NCBI GenBank assembly: GCA_050743645.1 | Contig: JBOGEK010000082.1 | Location: 1-24,000, forward strand | Source of the DNA: Acidothermaceae bacterium | GTDB taxonomy: Bacteria; Actinomycetota; Actinomycetes; Acidothermales; Acidothermaceae | DNA length: 24,000 nucleotides | Direction: 5' to 3' | Shown here: positions 16,148 through 23,675 of the stretch, in pieces | How the letters are laid out: each line of letters opens with the position of its first letter | Position numbering within the stretch: position 1 is the stretch's first letter | Notes under the pieces: model-generated | Told to the model about the DNA's origin: nothing | Databases searched by the model: none | What the model saw: only the letters and a program-made list of their open reading frames with translations | Program-made: the position numbers and the translations under genes

Positions 16148-16806
16148 CGACCATCGTCGTCGCTGACGACCACCAGGTCGTGCGCGCCGGATTCGCCGAA
16201 TTGCTCGACACCCAAGACGATTTCACCGTGGTGGGAGCGGCGGCCGACGGTGCCGAGGCCGTGCGAATCTGTCGTGAGCTGCAGCCCGACGTCGTGCTGA
16301 TGGACGTGCGGATGCCGCGCGTGGACGGCATCGAAGCGACCCGGCAACTCGCGGATGTGGTCGGCGGCGGTCCGCGAGTCATCATGTTGACGACGTTCGA
16401 TCTCGACGAGTACGTATACGACGCCTTGCGTGCGGGCGCGTCGGGATTCTTGCTTAAAGACGTGACAGCCGAGCGACTCTTCGATGCAGTGCGGGTCGTG
16501 GCCGACGGCGAAGCGCTGTTGGCGCCCGGCATCACTCGACGGTTGATCAGCGAATTCGCTTCGCTGCAACCGAAAAGCGATTGTCCTCCCATAATCGACA
16601 CGCTTACTCCGCGCGAAACCGAGGTGTTGCGGCTGGTCGCAGAGGGCTTGTCGAATCCCGAGATCGCGACGCGACTCGTCGTGACCGACGAAACGGTGAA
16701 GACCCACGTGAGCCGGGTGCTTCGAAAGCTCGGGCTTCGCGATCGTACTCAGGCTGTTGTGCTCGCGTATGAATCGGGTCTCGTGGTGCCGCGCGCGCAG
16801 CGATGA
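16144..16806 (+). CDS. response regulator, NarL/LuxR (REC + HTH) family
   Basis: ATG 16144 overlaps the kinase stop (ATGA). Has VADDHQVVR, DVVLMDVRMP (phospho-acceptor Asp), LTTFD, GFLLKD, and a C-terminal LTPRETEVLRLVAEGLSNPEIA...TVKTHV LuxR-type HTH. Confidence 0.93.
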   Translation: MTTIVVADDHQVVRAGFAELLDTQDDFTVVGAAADGAEAVRICRELQPDVVLMDVRMPRVDGIEATRQLADVVGGGPRVIMLTTFDLDEYVYDALRAGASGFLLKDVTAERLFDAVRVVADGEALLAPGITRRLISEFASLQPKSDCPPIIDTLTPRETEVLRLVAEGLSNPEIATRLVVTDETVKTHVSRVLRKLGLRDRTQAVVLAYESGLVVPRAQR

Positions 16807-16810
16807 TGCT

Positions 16811-17437
16811 TTACTGCCCGGCCGGCGCAGGCAGGAGTTGACGCGCGGCTTCTGCTGCGACGTATTGACGCCACTGGGTTGGGCTCCGCCGACGGGTGTG
16901 CACGAGAAGCCAGTGCACTTCATGGCTCAACAACACGTAGAGCCGTTCGGCCGCGTCGTCGAGGAGCAGGCCGGGTGCGAGTTCGCCATCGAGCATCGCG
17001 GCGAAGGCTCGCATCGTCTGCCAGCGTTGTTCCTCGTGTCGATCGAGCACGTCGCGCACCTCGCCGTCGGCGGCGCCGCTGCGCACGATCTCGTACAGCG
17101 GCGCTAGTCGCGCGGTGATGTCACAGGTCACGCTGACGATCCGTCGGAGTCGCTGGAGCGGGTCGGAGAGCTGCGCGATCCGCCTGATGTGGGGCCGATC
17201 GAGCAGCGGCACGGCGGCGACATCTCCGACGATCTCGGTGTCGACGATCGCTGACAGCACGGCCGCCTTCGAGCCGAAGATGAAGTACACCGTCTGGTGA
17301 GCCACGCCTGCTGCGCTTGCGATCTCAGTGATCGTGCTGGCCGCGTAGCCGTTCCTAAGGAACAGCTCCTTTGCCGCATCGCAGATTCGCTGCCGGGTGC
17401 CCTGGGCGCGTTGCTGTCTGATGCTTGACGCCGTCAT
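16811..17437 (-). CDS. TetR/AcrR family transcriptional regulator
   Basis: N-terminal HTH RICDAAKELFLRNGYAASTITEIASAAGVAHQTVYFIFGSK. ATG 17437 is preferred over the listed 17464. A TACTCT -10-like hexamer ends 6 nt upstream of the ATG, suggesting a leaderless mRNA. Confidence 0.88.
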   Translation of the reverse strand: MTASSIRQQRAQGTRQRICDAAKELFLRNGYAASTITEIASAAGVAHQTVYFIFGSKAAVLSAIVDTEIVGDVAAVPLLDRPHIRRIAQLSDPLQRLRRIVSVTCDITARLAPLYEIVRSGAADGEVRDVLDRHEEQRWQTMRAFAAMLDGELAPGLLLDDAAERLYVLLSHEVHWLLVHTRRRSPTQWRQYVAAEAARQLLPAPAGQ

Positions 17438-17451
17438 GCCGCTAGAGTACA

Positions 17452-17471
17452 CACTAGAGCACACTCTAGTG
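17452..17471. promoter_or_regulatory. candidate TetR operator: perfect palindrome CACTAGAG-CACA-CTCTAGTG, plus an extra CTAGAG half-site at 17442-17447
   Basis: The 20-bp inverted repeat lies in the 49-bp divergent intergenic region, the most AT-rich stretch locally. It overlaps -10-like hexamers for both directions. Confidence 0.6.
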
Positions 17472-17486
17472 ACTGAGAAGGACCCG

Positions 17487-18065
17487 ATGGATACCTGGCC
17501 CGACCTGCTCGCCGAGACCTACGACGTTCTCCGGCCGTCGATCGCAATGATCGATGACACGCTGCTCGATCGACCAACGCCATGTGCGGAGTGGACCCTG
17601 CGCCAACTGGTGGCCCACACGGTCAACGCGATCGAGATGTTCGCGGTCGCGGCAGAGCGCGGCGAGCCGGTCGCTGCGTCAACCGAGGGCGAGGGTGCGG
17701 CGCTCGAGCGCTTCGACGCCGCCGTACGACGGAATCTAGCTGCCTGGCGGTCACTGGCAGACCCGACAGCGACGTTGACCTTGCATTTCGGGGAATTCCC
17801 GGCGCAAAACGTTGCCGCGATCAACCAACTCGATTCTTTGCTCCACGGCTGGGACATTGGGGTGGCGCTCGGGTTGCCGATCACCTTGCCCGAAGCGCTG
17901 TCCGAGGTGGCGATGCGCATGGCGCTGGTGCGGGTGCCGCTTGGCCGCGGCAGGGTTTTCGGTACTGAGGTAGCCACCGCTGGCGTCACGTCGAGTGAGA
18001 CTTTGCTGGGGTTCTCCGGGCGCGATCCAGCAGCCTGGCCGAACAAGCAAAGGAGGTCAGCATGA
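17487..18065 (+). CDS. DinB-fold, mycothiol-dependent maleylpyruvate-isomerase-N-like (TIGR03086-type) protein
   Basis: ATG 17487 with SD GAAGGA 6 nt upstream. Motifs LDRPTPCAEWTLRQLVAHTV, QLDSLLHGWDIGVALG and a C-terminal LLGFSGRDPAAW are typical of this actinobacterial family. Confidence 0.8.
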   Translation: MDTWPDLLAETYDVLRPSIAMIDDTLLDRPTPCAEWTLRQLVAHTVNAIEMFAVAAERGEPVAASTEGEGAALERFDAAVRRNLAAWRSLADPTATLTLHFGEFPAQNVAAINQLDSLLHGWDIGVALGLPITLPEALSEVAMRMALVRVPLGRGRVFGTEVATAGVTSSETLLGFSGRDPAAWPNKQRRSA

Positions 18066-18454
18066 CCGCAAAGACCTCGGTCAATCCGTGGAGTTGGCAA
18101 GACGCCCGTGGTTTCACCCAGGCCTGGCGGGTCGAGGGCGCGAGCACGATTGTCTACGTGTCGGGTCAGGTAGCGGTCGACGCCGACGGAAACCTCGTCG
18201 GCGCAGGCGACTTCGAGTTGCAGGCCCGACAGACATTCGAGAACATCGCTACGGTGTTGACTCAGGCGGGCGCCACCTTCGCCGACGTCGTAAAACTCAA
18301 CGTGTACCTGACCGACACCGCGAATCTCCCGGCGTATGGGCGCATCAAAGCCGACTACATCCAGGGCCAGCAGCCAGCCTCTACCGCTGTCGGGGTGACT
18401 GCGCTTGCGATCCCCGGCTTGCTGCTCGAGGTCGAAGCAACAGCTGTGTTTTAA
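18062..18454 (+). CDS. RidA/YjgF/L-PSP family protein
   Basis: ATG 18062 overlaps the upstream stop (ATGA). Has VYVSGQVAVDADGNLVGAGDFELQARQTFENIATVL, VVKLNVYLTD and LEVEATAV. Confidence 0.88.
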   Translation: MTAKTSVNPWSWQDARGFTQAWRVEGASTIVYVSGQVAVDADGNLVGAGDFELQARQTFENIATVLTQAGATFADVVKLNVYLTDTANLPAYGRIKADYIQGQQPASTAVGVTALAIPGLLLEVEATAVF

Positions 18455-18480
18455 GCGATATTCGACCGGCGAACTGCGGG

Positions 18481-18711
18481 CTATTTGCTGGGTTGGGGCA
18501 CGCTGCAGCTGACCTTCGGGTTCACACCCGCATAGTTGAGCGGGCCAGCAAGGATCGTGACGACCGTGGTGCTCGCCTTCGCGCAGTTTTCATTGGACCC
18601 GCTGTAATAGTGGCGCTGGCCAGCGGCGATGGCGCCGATGATGAACCAGATCACCAGCAATACGGGAACGATGCCGCCCCACGTTCGGGTTGGACGTCGA
18701 GCGTAAGCCAT
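18481..18711 (-). CDS. small membrane protein (76 aa, one TM segment, two Cys in the extracytoplasmic tail), function unknown
   Basis: ATG 18711 is preceded by a strong SD AAGGAGG 6 nt upstream. N-terminal MAYARRPTRTWGG is followed by the TM segment IVPVLLVIWFIIGAIAAG. The listed start 18741 has no SD. Confidence 0.65.
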   Translation of the reverse strand: MAYARRPTRTWGGIVPVLLVIWFIIGAIAAGQRHYYSGSNENCAKASTTVVTILAGPLNYAGVNPKVSCSVPQPSK

Positions 18712-18845
18712 CTGCTGCCTCCTTTGACGATGTCCCGGCACCTACGGTCTTCCCGACGCGCGGCGCTAGAACCGTTTCCACGTGTGGGAGCTGACCGCCT
18801 GGGCATGTCGTGTGAGGCCGGATTCGTAAGCCTCGCAGGGGAGAG

Positions 18846-19391
18846 TTGCCAGCGGTGGACGTTATCGAGCAGGTACGGGCGACCGCGCGCACCTTCGCGC
18901 GGGAACAGCAATCCGAGTACAGCCAAGGGCACGACCGTCCGCTCGGCGGCTACCTCAAGGTCATGGGCACGTACGCCGGCCTGGTCGGCGGCCTTTCCGG
19001 CCTCACCTGGAAGCGCCGGCGTCAGCTTCCCTCGACGATCGCGCCGTGGGACGTCGCGCTGATCGCGATCGCCACCCACAAGCTGAGCCGCGTGGTTGCC
19101 AAGGATTCAGTCGTGAGCCCGCTGCGAGCTGCTTTCACCCGCTACGAAGGGGTTTCGGGCCCGGCAGAGCTGGAAGAGGACGTGCGGGCGGAGGGTGTCG
19201 GGAAGTCGATCGGTGAGTTGTTGACGTGCCCGTTCTGCTTGGCCCAGTGGATTGCGACCGGTTTCGGGTTCGGTCTGGTGCTGGCGCCCCGCGCCACCAG
19301 ACTTGTCGCGTCGATCATGGCCGCTCGGGCGGCCTCCGACTACTTGCAGTTCGCCTACGCCGCGGCGCAGCACGTCGCCGAGAAAGAGTAG
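18846..19391 (+). CDS. DUF1360-like membrane protein
   Basis: IAIATHKLSRVVAKDSVVSPLR and CPFCLAQWIATGFGFGL match my recollection of the DUF1360 family pattern. Start is uncertain (TTG 18846 or GTG 18855; GGGGAG at 18838-18843). Confidence 0.7.
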   Translation: MPAVDVIEQVRATARTFAREQQSEYSQGHDRPLGGYLKVMGTYAGLVGGLSGLTWKRRRQLPSTIAPWDVALIAIATHKLSRVVAKDSVVSPLRAAFTRYEGVSGPAELEEDVRAEGVGKSIGELLTCPFCLAQWIATGFGFGLVLAPRATRLVASIMAARAASDYLQFAYAAAQHVAEKE

Positions 19392-19497
19392 ATCGCTGCG
19401 AGTCCGGTGTGGTCGATGAGGGTTTTGCTTCGGATGCTTGGGGTACGGCCGAATTTCGTGCCGCGACAGCGACACTTGCCGACCGGAGGGACACCTC

Positions 19498-19770
19498 ATG
19501 CTGACAATGACCACTGAAGCTGCTCAAGTGATCAACGCACTAGTTGCGGATCAACCGGGCGGCGGCGTACGCATCTCAGAAGTCGTCGCTGATGGCCAGA
19601 TGCAACTCGGACTCTCAGTGGCGGCGGAGCCCTTGCCGTCCGACCAGATCGTCGAGAAGCAGGGGTCGCACGTGTTCGTCGAAGACCAGGTGGTGCCGTT
19701 GCTCGAAGGCAAGATCCTCGACGCGAGCATCACCGAGGATCGTCAGGTCTCGTTCAGCCTGCTTCCCTGA
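19498..19770 (+). CDS. HesB/IscA-like (Fe-S biogenesis fold) protein lacking all cysteines
   Basis: ATG 19498 with SD GGAGGGA 7 nt upstream. The pattern LTMTTEAAQVINALV...GVRIS...LGLSVAAEPLPSDQIVEKQGSHVFVEDQVVPLLEGKILD...FSL follows the IscA/HesB fold, but the protein contains no Cys. Confidence 0.7.
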   Translation: MLTMTTEAAQVINALVADQPGGGVRISEVVADGQMQLGLSVAAEPLPSDQIVEKQGSHVFVEDQVVPLLEGKILDASITEDRQVSFSLLP

Positions 19771-19785
19771 TCCAACTAGGCGGGC

Positions 19786-20628
19786 CTATTGGCCGGCCTT
19801 GATGCCAGCTCCGCCATGCGAGTATTCGATCATGTCGAGGTCCTGGCGTCCTGGCATATTGGCCCCGCCAAACTTGCCGACCGGGATGATCACGCGGCGG
19901 AAGGTGCCCTCGAACATCATCGCGGTCGCGACGAGCCAGGCGAATCCGGCCGAGAACACGAACAGCCATCCGGCGATGCGCTCGACGTCACGGAATCCGC
20001 CCCAGAAGCCGGCGGCGGCGAAACCGGAGCCTGCTGCCAGTGTGCCGAGAACCAGGAACAGGCCAAGGCTTTCGGCCAGCGCCCCGATTGCGCCCGACGT
20101 CGTGATGAGGGCCAAAACCATGAACCACAAAGCAAAGTTGACGTCGACATTGCCGAGTGGCACGGCCTTAACAACGCCAGTGGCCTGCAGGATCGTCAAG
20201 ATTCCGAAGGCGGTCCAAAACGCGCCCCAGGTGCCGTGCATAGCCGTGGCCAGGCCGTCGCGCGCCTTGTACGCCCACATGCCGGCCAGGAATTGCGCGA
20301 CTCCACCGAACGTCAATGCAAACGGAGCCACCACGATCGGCGTGTTCGCGTCGCCGTACCAGCCGGCCATCCAGCCGGCGATCATCAACGTCGCACCCAT
20401 GAAACCGAACAGGCCGAGGATCGACGGCGCGGCAACGGGGGAGAGCACGATCCTGGTGCGACCGCGCCAGACGTCTGCCGGGGCCGCCGGCGACGCCGGT
20501 GCGGCGGGTGCGCGTCGTTCAGTTGGATACGGCGGGGCGTACGTCGCTTCTGGCCCAACGACGGGCCGACTTGCATGCCTAGGAATTCTCATATCGCGCG
20601 GGTACCCGCCCGGGGTTTGATCATGCAT
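19786..20628 (-). CDS. GPR1/FUN34/YaaH family (SatP-like) acetate/succinate channel
   Basis: The core SPVAAPSILGLFGFMGATLMIAG...FGGVAQFLAGMWAYKARDGLATAMHGTWGAFW and six TM segments fit the family. The real start is uncertain: the first ~27 codons from ATG 20628 have poor GC3, and GTG 20448 (MLSPVAAPSILGL) would give an E. coli SatP-like N-terminus. Confidence 0.82.
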   Translation of the reverse strand: MHDQTPGGYPRDMRIPRHASRPVVGPEATYAPPYPTERRAPAAPASPAAPADVWRGRTRIVLSPVAAPSILGLFGFMGATLMIAGWMAGWYGDANTPIVVAPFALTFGGVAQFLAGMWAYKARDGLATAMHGTWGAFWTAFGILTILQATGVVKAVPLGNVDVNFALWFMVLALITTSGAIGALAESLGLFLVLGTLAAGSGFAAAGFWGGFRDVERIAGWLFVFSAGFAWLVATAMMFEGTFRRVIIPVGKFGGANMPGRQDLDMIEYSHGGAGIKAGQ

Positions 20629-20654
20629 ATCGGCCCGGCCGACTTCGTTGCTGG

Positions 20655-21527
20655 CTACGGTGCGGCGGTCACGCAGTACGCGGCGGCCATGTCGTCGTCG
20701 CCGTGTCCCTCGCTGACTGCGCGCACGAACTTTTCATGGACGGCGATGGCCACGTCCGCCGTCACGCCCGCTCTGCGTGCGGCGTCGACGATCAGACCCA
20801 TGTCCTTTGCCGCACCGGCTGTCGGAAAGGACGCGGCGAAGGCACGCTTGATCATCGCCTCGCCTTTGAGGTGCGCGTACGGCGTGTCCATCTGGGAGCC
20901 GGCCAGCGTCGACAAGAACAGTTCGGGATCGAGTCCCAGACCCTCCGCCAGTGCAAGCGCCTCCGCTACCGACGCGGTAATCGCGAGCACCCAACTGTTC
21001 ATCACGAGCTTCAACCGCGAGCCACAGCCAACGGGCCCGATCCAGGTGGCCTTCTGGCCGATGGCGTCGAATATGGGACGGCAGCGCGCTTCGAGTTCGG
21101 CCGCTCCTGAAGCCAAGATATTGAGCTTCGCGTCTTCGGCGGGTTTCTTGGTTCCAAGCACCGGTGCGTCGACGAACGCGATGCCGGCCTTTTCTGCCAA
21201 CTGGGCCAGCCGGTCGGTTGCCTCCACCCCGACGGTCGCGCATTGCAACCAGATTGCGTCGGATCGCATCGCCGGCAGCGCGCCGTCGTCGTCGGTCATC
21301 GCGGACTCTACTGCGGCGCCGTCGCCGAGCATTGTCAGCACGAAGTCGACGCCTGACGCCGCCTCTGCGGCGCTGTTGCAGACCGTCGCGCCGTCGGCGG
21401 CAAGCGGTTCTGCCTTGGCTCGCGTGCGGTTCCATACCCGGACGTTGAAGCCGGCACGGCTGAGATTACGAGCGATCGGCGCTCCCATGATTCCCGTGCC
21501 GAGCACAGCGATCTTCTTACCGGTCAT
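20655..21527 (-). CDS. NAD(P)-dependent beta-hydroxyacid dehydrogenase (3-hydroxyisobutyrate / 6-phosphogluconate dehydrogenase-like)
   Basis: Rossmann motif KIAVLGTGIMGAPIARNL, DAPVLGTKKPAEDAKL, and GSRLKLVMN. SD GGGAAGGGA upstream of ATG 21527. Confidence 0.88.
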   Translation of the reverse strand: MTGKKIAVLGTGIMGAPIARNLSRAGFNVRVWNRTRAKAEPLAADGATVCNSAAEAASGVDFVLTMLGDGAAVESAMTDDDGALPAMRSDAIWLQCATVGVEATDRLAQLAEKAGIAFVDAPVLGTKKPAEDAKLNILASGAAELEARCRPIFDAIGQKATWIGPVGCGSRLKLVMNSWVLAITASVAEALALAEGLGLDPELFLSTLAGSQMDTPYAHLKGEAMIKRAFAASFPTAGAAKDMGLIVDAARRAGVTADVAIAVHEKFVRAVSEGHGDDDMAAAYCVTAAP

Positions 21528-21656
21528 CGGCTATCCCTTCCCGCCGTTGAAATTTGGACGCCGAAGACCTTCCCGACGAGCCGGTCGAGACACCTGAGCC
21601 GGCGACTTGACGCCGCGACGCCGTCGGGCTGCGCTCGGCGGGATCCTTGCGCAAAG

Positions 21657-23573
21657 ATGATCCCGTCCGTCGTCTGGTTGCCGGGGGGACTCGTGCGTCG
21701 CTTGTCAGTGATCGTGTGTGCGGTTCTTGTTGCCGGTGGCATGTCAGCCACGGTGGGTCAAGGCTCCGCGCTCGCGACTGGTTCCGCCGCCAACTGGGCC
21801 GCGGTACAGCCGGTAAAAGTGCCGCCCGCTTCAGCAGCCGCGGGCGCCGTGACCGCGTTCGACCCGGCAACCGGGCAGTTGTTGCTGACGACCGTGTCGA
21901 ACGGCACCTGGAGCTGGGACGGTCTCAGCTGGAACCAGCTAGCGCTCGGAAGCGGTTCGCACGCTCGCAGCAATGGGGCCATGGCGTTTGACGGGACGAC
22001 GAAGCAGATGGTGATGCTCGTGCCACAGTTGCCGCCGGCCTCCGCCCAAACCTGGACCTGGAATGGCTTGGTGTGGAGTCAGCAACTCTCCCCGCACAGC
22101 CCGATCAGCGCAGACTGCATTGGCTACGACGACGCCACGAAGCAACTCGTTGCGCTCGGGCTCGACGACACAACAAGCGCATCGACGTCGACATTTCTTT
22201 GGCAGGGCGGCGACTGGTCGACATTGCCGCCCTCGCCGACCGCGCCGTTGACGACCGAGCCGTTGGAATGCTCGATGGCCTACGACCCGGCGCTCGACGA
22301 GTTGGTTGCAGCCGTGCATTCGCCAATCGACGTCAGTGCGCAGCTACTGAGCTGGGACGGCCAAAGATGGAATACGTTGCTGTCAAGCGTTCCGTGGCTT
22401 GCGGGCGGTCCCGTTGACATCGCTTACGACGATGCGGCCGGCCAGCTCCTCGCGCTCGCCGCGGTAAATACGACGGGCGCCACCGGACCCAACCAGTACA
22501 TCTGGCCGACTATTCAGCCGCAGGCTTGGGCAATGACCGGCGAGTCATGGTCACAGCTCACCCTCACCGCGGCGGATGGCGAGCCAGCTGGTCTTTCTTA
22601 CGACGCTGCGACAGACCAGGCGATCGGTATCGGCCCGAGCGGATCAGCGTTCAACACATTGCTGTACGAGGGCAGTGCGTCGAGCAGCGTTTTGCCGCTG
22701 CGGCTTGCGGGTGCGAATCGAGATGCGACCGCAGTCGCCATATCGCAGAACGCATTTCCCGACGCCGGCTCTGCAGGCGCCGTAGTGCTGGCGCGATCCG
22801 ACGGGTTCGCCGATGCGCTGGCTGGTGGGCCGCTGGCTGCCGCGAAACACGGTCCGTTGCTACTTACGTCGTCCGACTCGCTCGACGGTATGACGAAAGC
22901 CGAGATCCAACGGGTGCTGCCCGTTGGCGGAACGGTCTACGTGCTAGGCAGTACGACCGCCCTGTCTGCCAAGGTTTCCGCGGCAATGACAGCAATCGGT
23001 GACGTGCCCGTACGGCTTGCGGGACCCGACAGGTTCGGCACCGCGATCGCCGTGGCCAACGCGCTCGGCAATCCGTCGACGGTATTCGAGGTCAACGGCC
23101 TCGACTTCCCTGATGCGCTGTCAGCGGTGCCGGCTGCGGTGAGCACCGGTGGCGTCGTCCTGCTGACGCATGGTCCCGCGCAGGCAAAGGCCACGGCGAC
23201 GTACCTGTCTGCGCATCCAGGTTCCCATTACGCCGTAGGCGGATTGGCTGCCGCAGCCGATCCGTCGGCGATCGCACTCGCGGGAGCGAATCGCTACGCG
23301 ACGTCGGACCAGGTAGCGTCCGCCTTTTTCCCCAAAAGTAACGGTGTTACGGCTGCCTCCGGCCTCGGTTTCGCCGATGCGTTAGCTGCTGGCCCGGTCG
23401 CCGGTGCGGCACTGCAACCGTTGCTACTCGTGCCGACATCTGGTCCGTTGCCCGAGCCGATCATCGCCTATCTCGGTACGCGTGACGCCACTGTCACATC
23501 TATCACCGTGGCAGGCGGTACCGCGTCAGTAACTGACGACGTCGAGCAGCAAATCGCCGCCGGCCTCAACTGA
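21657..23573 (+). CDS. secreted protein: Kelch-like beta-propeller repeats (aa ~60-340) + three CWB2 (cell wall binding repeat 2) modules (aa ~349-636)
   Basis: Signal peptide (V)RRLSVIVCAVLVAGGMSATVGQGSALA. Five W-x-W-(D/N/Q)-G-x-x-W-x-x-L repeats alternate with (A/G/S)(F/Y)D...Q(L/M)(L/V) strands. Three repeats begin RLAGANRDATAV, RLAGPDRFGTAI and ALAGANRYATSD, each followed by G(F)(A/P)DAL(A/S)(A/G)GP, as in CWB2. An alternative start is GTG 21693. Confidence 0.85.
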   Translation: MIPSVVWLPGGLVRRLSVIVCAVLVAGGMSATVGQGSALATGSAANWAAVQPVKVPPASAAAGAVTAFDPATGQLLLTTVSNGTWSWDGLSWNQLALGSGSHARSNGAMAFDGTTKQMVMLVPQLPPASAQTWTWNGLVWSQQLSPHSPISADCIGYDDATKQLVALGLDDTTSASTSTFLWQGGDWSTLPPSPTAPLTTEPLECSMAYDPALDELVAAVHSPIDVSAQLLSWDGQRWNTLLSSVPWLAGGPVDIAYDDAAGQLLALAAVNTTGATGPNQYIWPTIQPQAWAMTGESWSQLTLTAADGEPAGLSYDAATDQAIGIGPSGSAFNTLLYEGSASSSVLPLRLAGANRDATAVAISQNAFPDAGSAGAVVLARSDGFADALAGGPLAAAKHGPLLLTSSDSLDGMTKAEIQRVLPVGGTVYVLGSTTALSAKVSAAMTAIGDVPVRLAGPDRFGTAIAVANALGNPSTVFEVNGLDFPDALSAVPAAVSTGGVVLLTHGPAQAKATATYLSAHPGSHYAVGGLAAAADPSAIALAGANRYATSDQVASAFFPKSNGVTAASGLGFADALAAGPVAGAALQPLLLVPTSGPLPEPIIAYLGTRDATVTSITVAGGTASVTDDVEQQIAAGLN

Positions 23574-23675
23574 CGTCGCGGTTGCTATCGACCTAGGCAG
23601 CGCATCAGCGGCGATGAGTTCGCGCCGCGGCTGGAGTCTTAGTCAGCGAAAGCCGTAACGACGTAGGAGAATGCC

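Noticed and set aside
20572-20630. Cluster of 6-bp palindromes resembling a cloning polylinker (GCATGC, CCTAGG, GAATTC, GGTACC, CCCGGG, TGATCA, ATGCAT); the 13-mer TGCCTAGGAATTC is also present at the hypC start (3733-3745)
   Set aside because: No vector-like flanks. The hypC copy simply encodes the conserved MCLGIPG. A single shared 13-mer is within chance expectation for a 24-kb window searched on both strands. I treat this as a coincidence in a locally AT-richer 5' region. The start-codon ambiguity is noted separately.
19789-21597. 602-aa ORF on the + strand, the longest unexplained ORF in the track
   Set aside because: It is antisense to two well-supported - strand genes (the SatP-like channel and the dehydrogenase). 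Its translation is Arg/Ala/Pro/Ser-rich low complexity without motifs. This is a typical shadow ORF of a high-GC genome.
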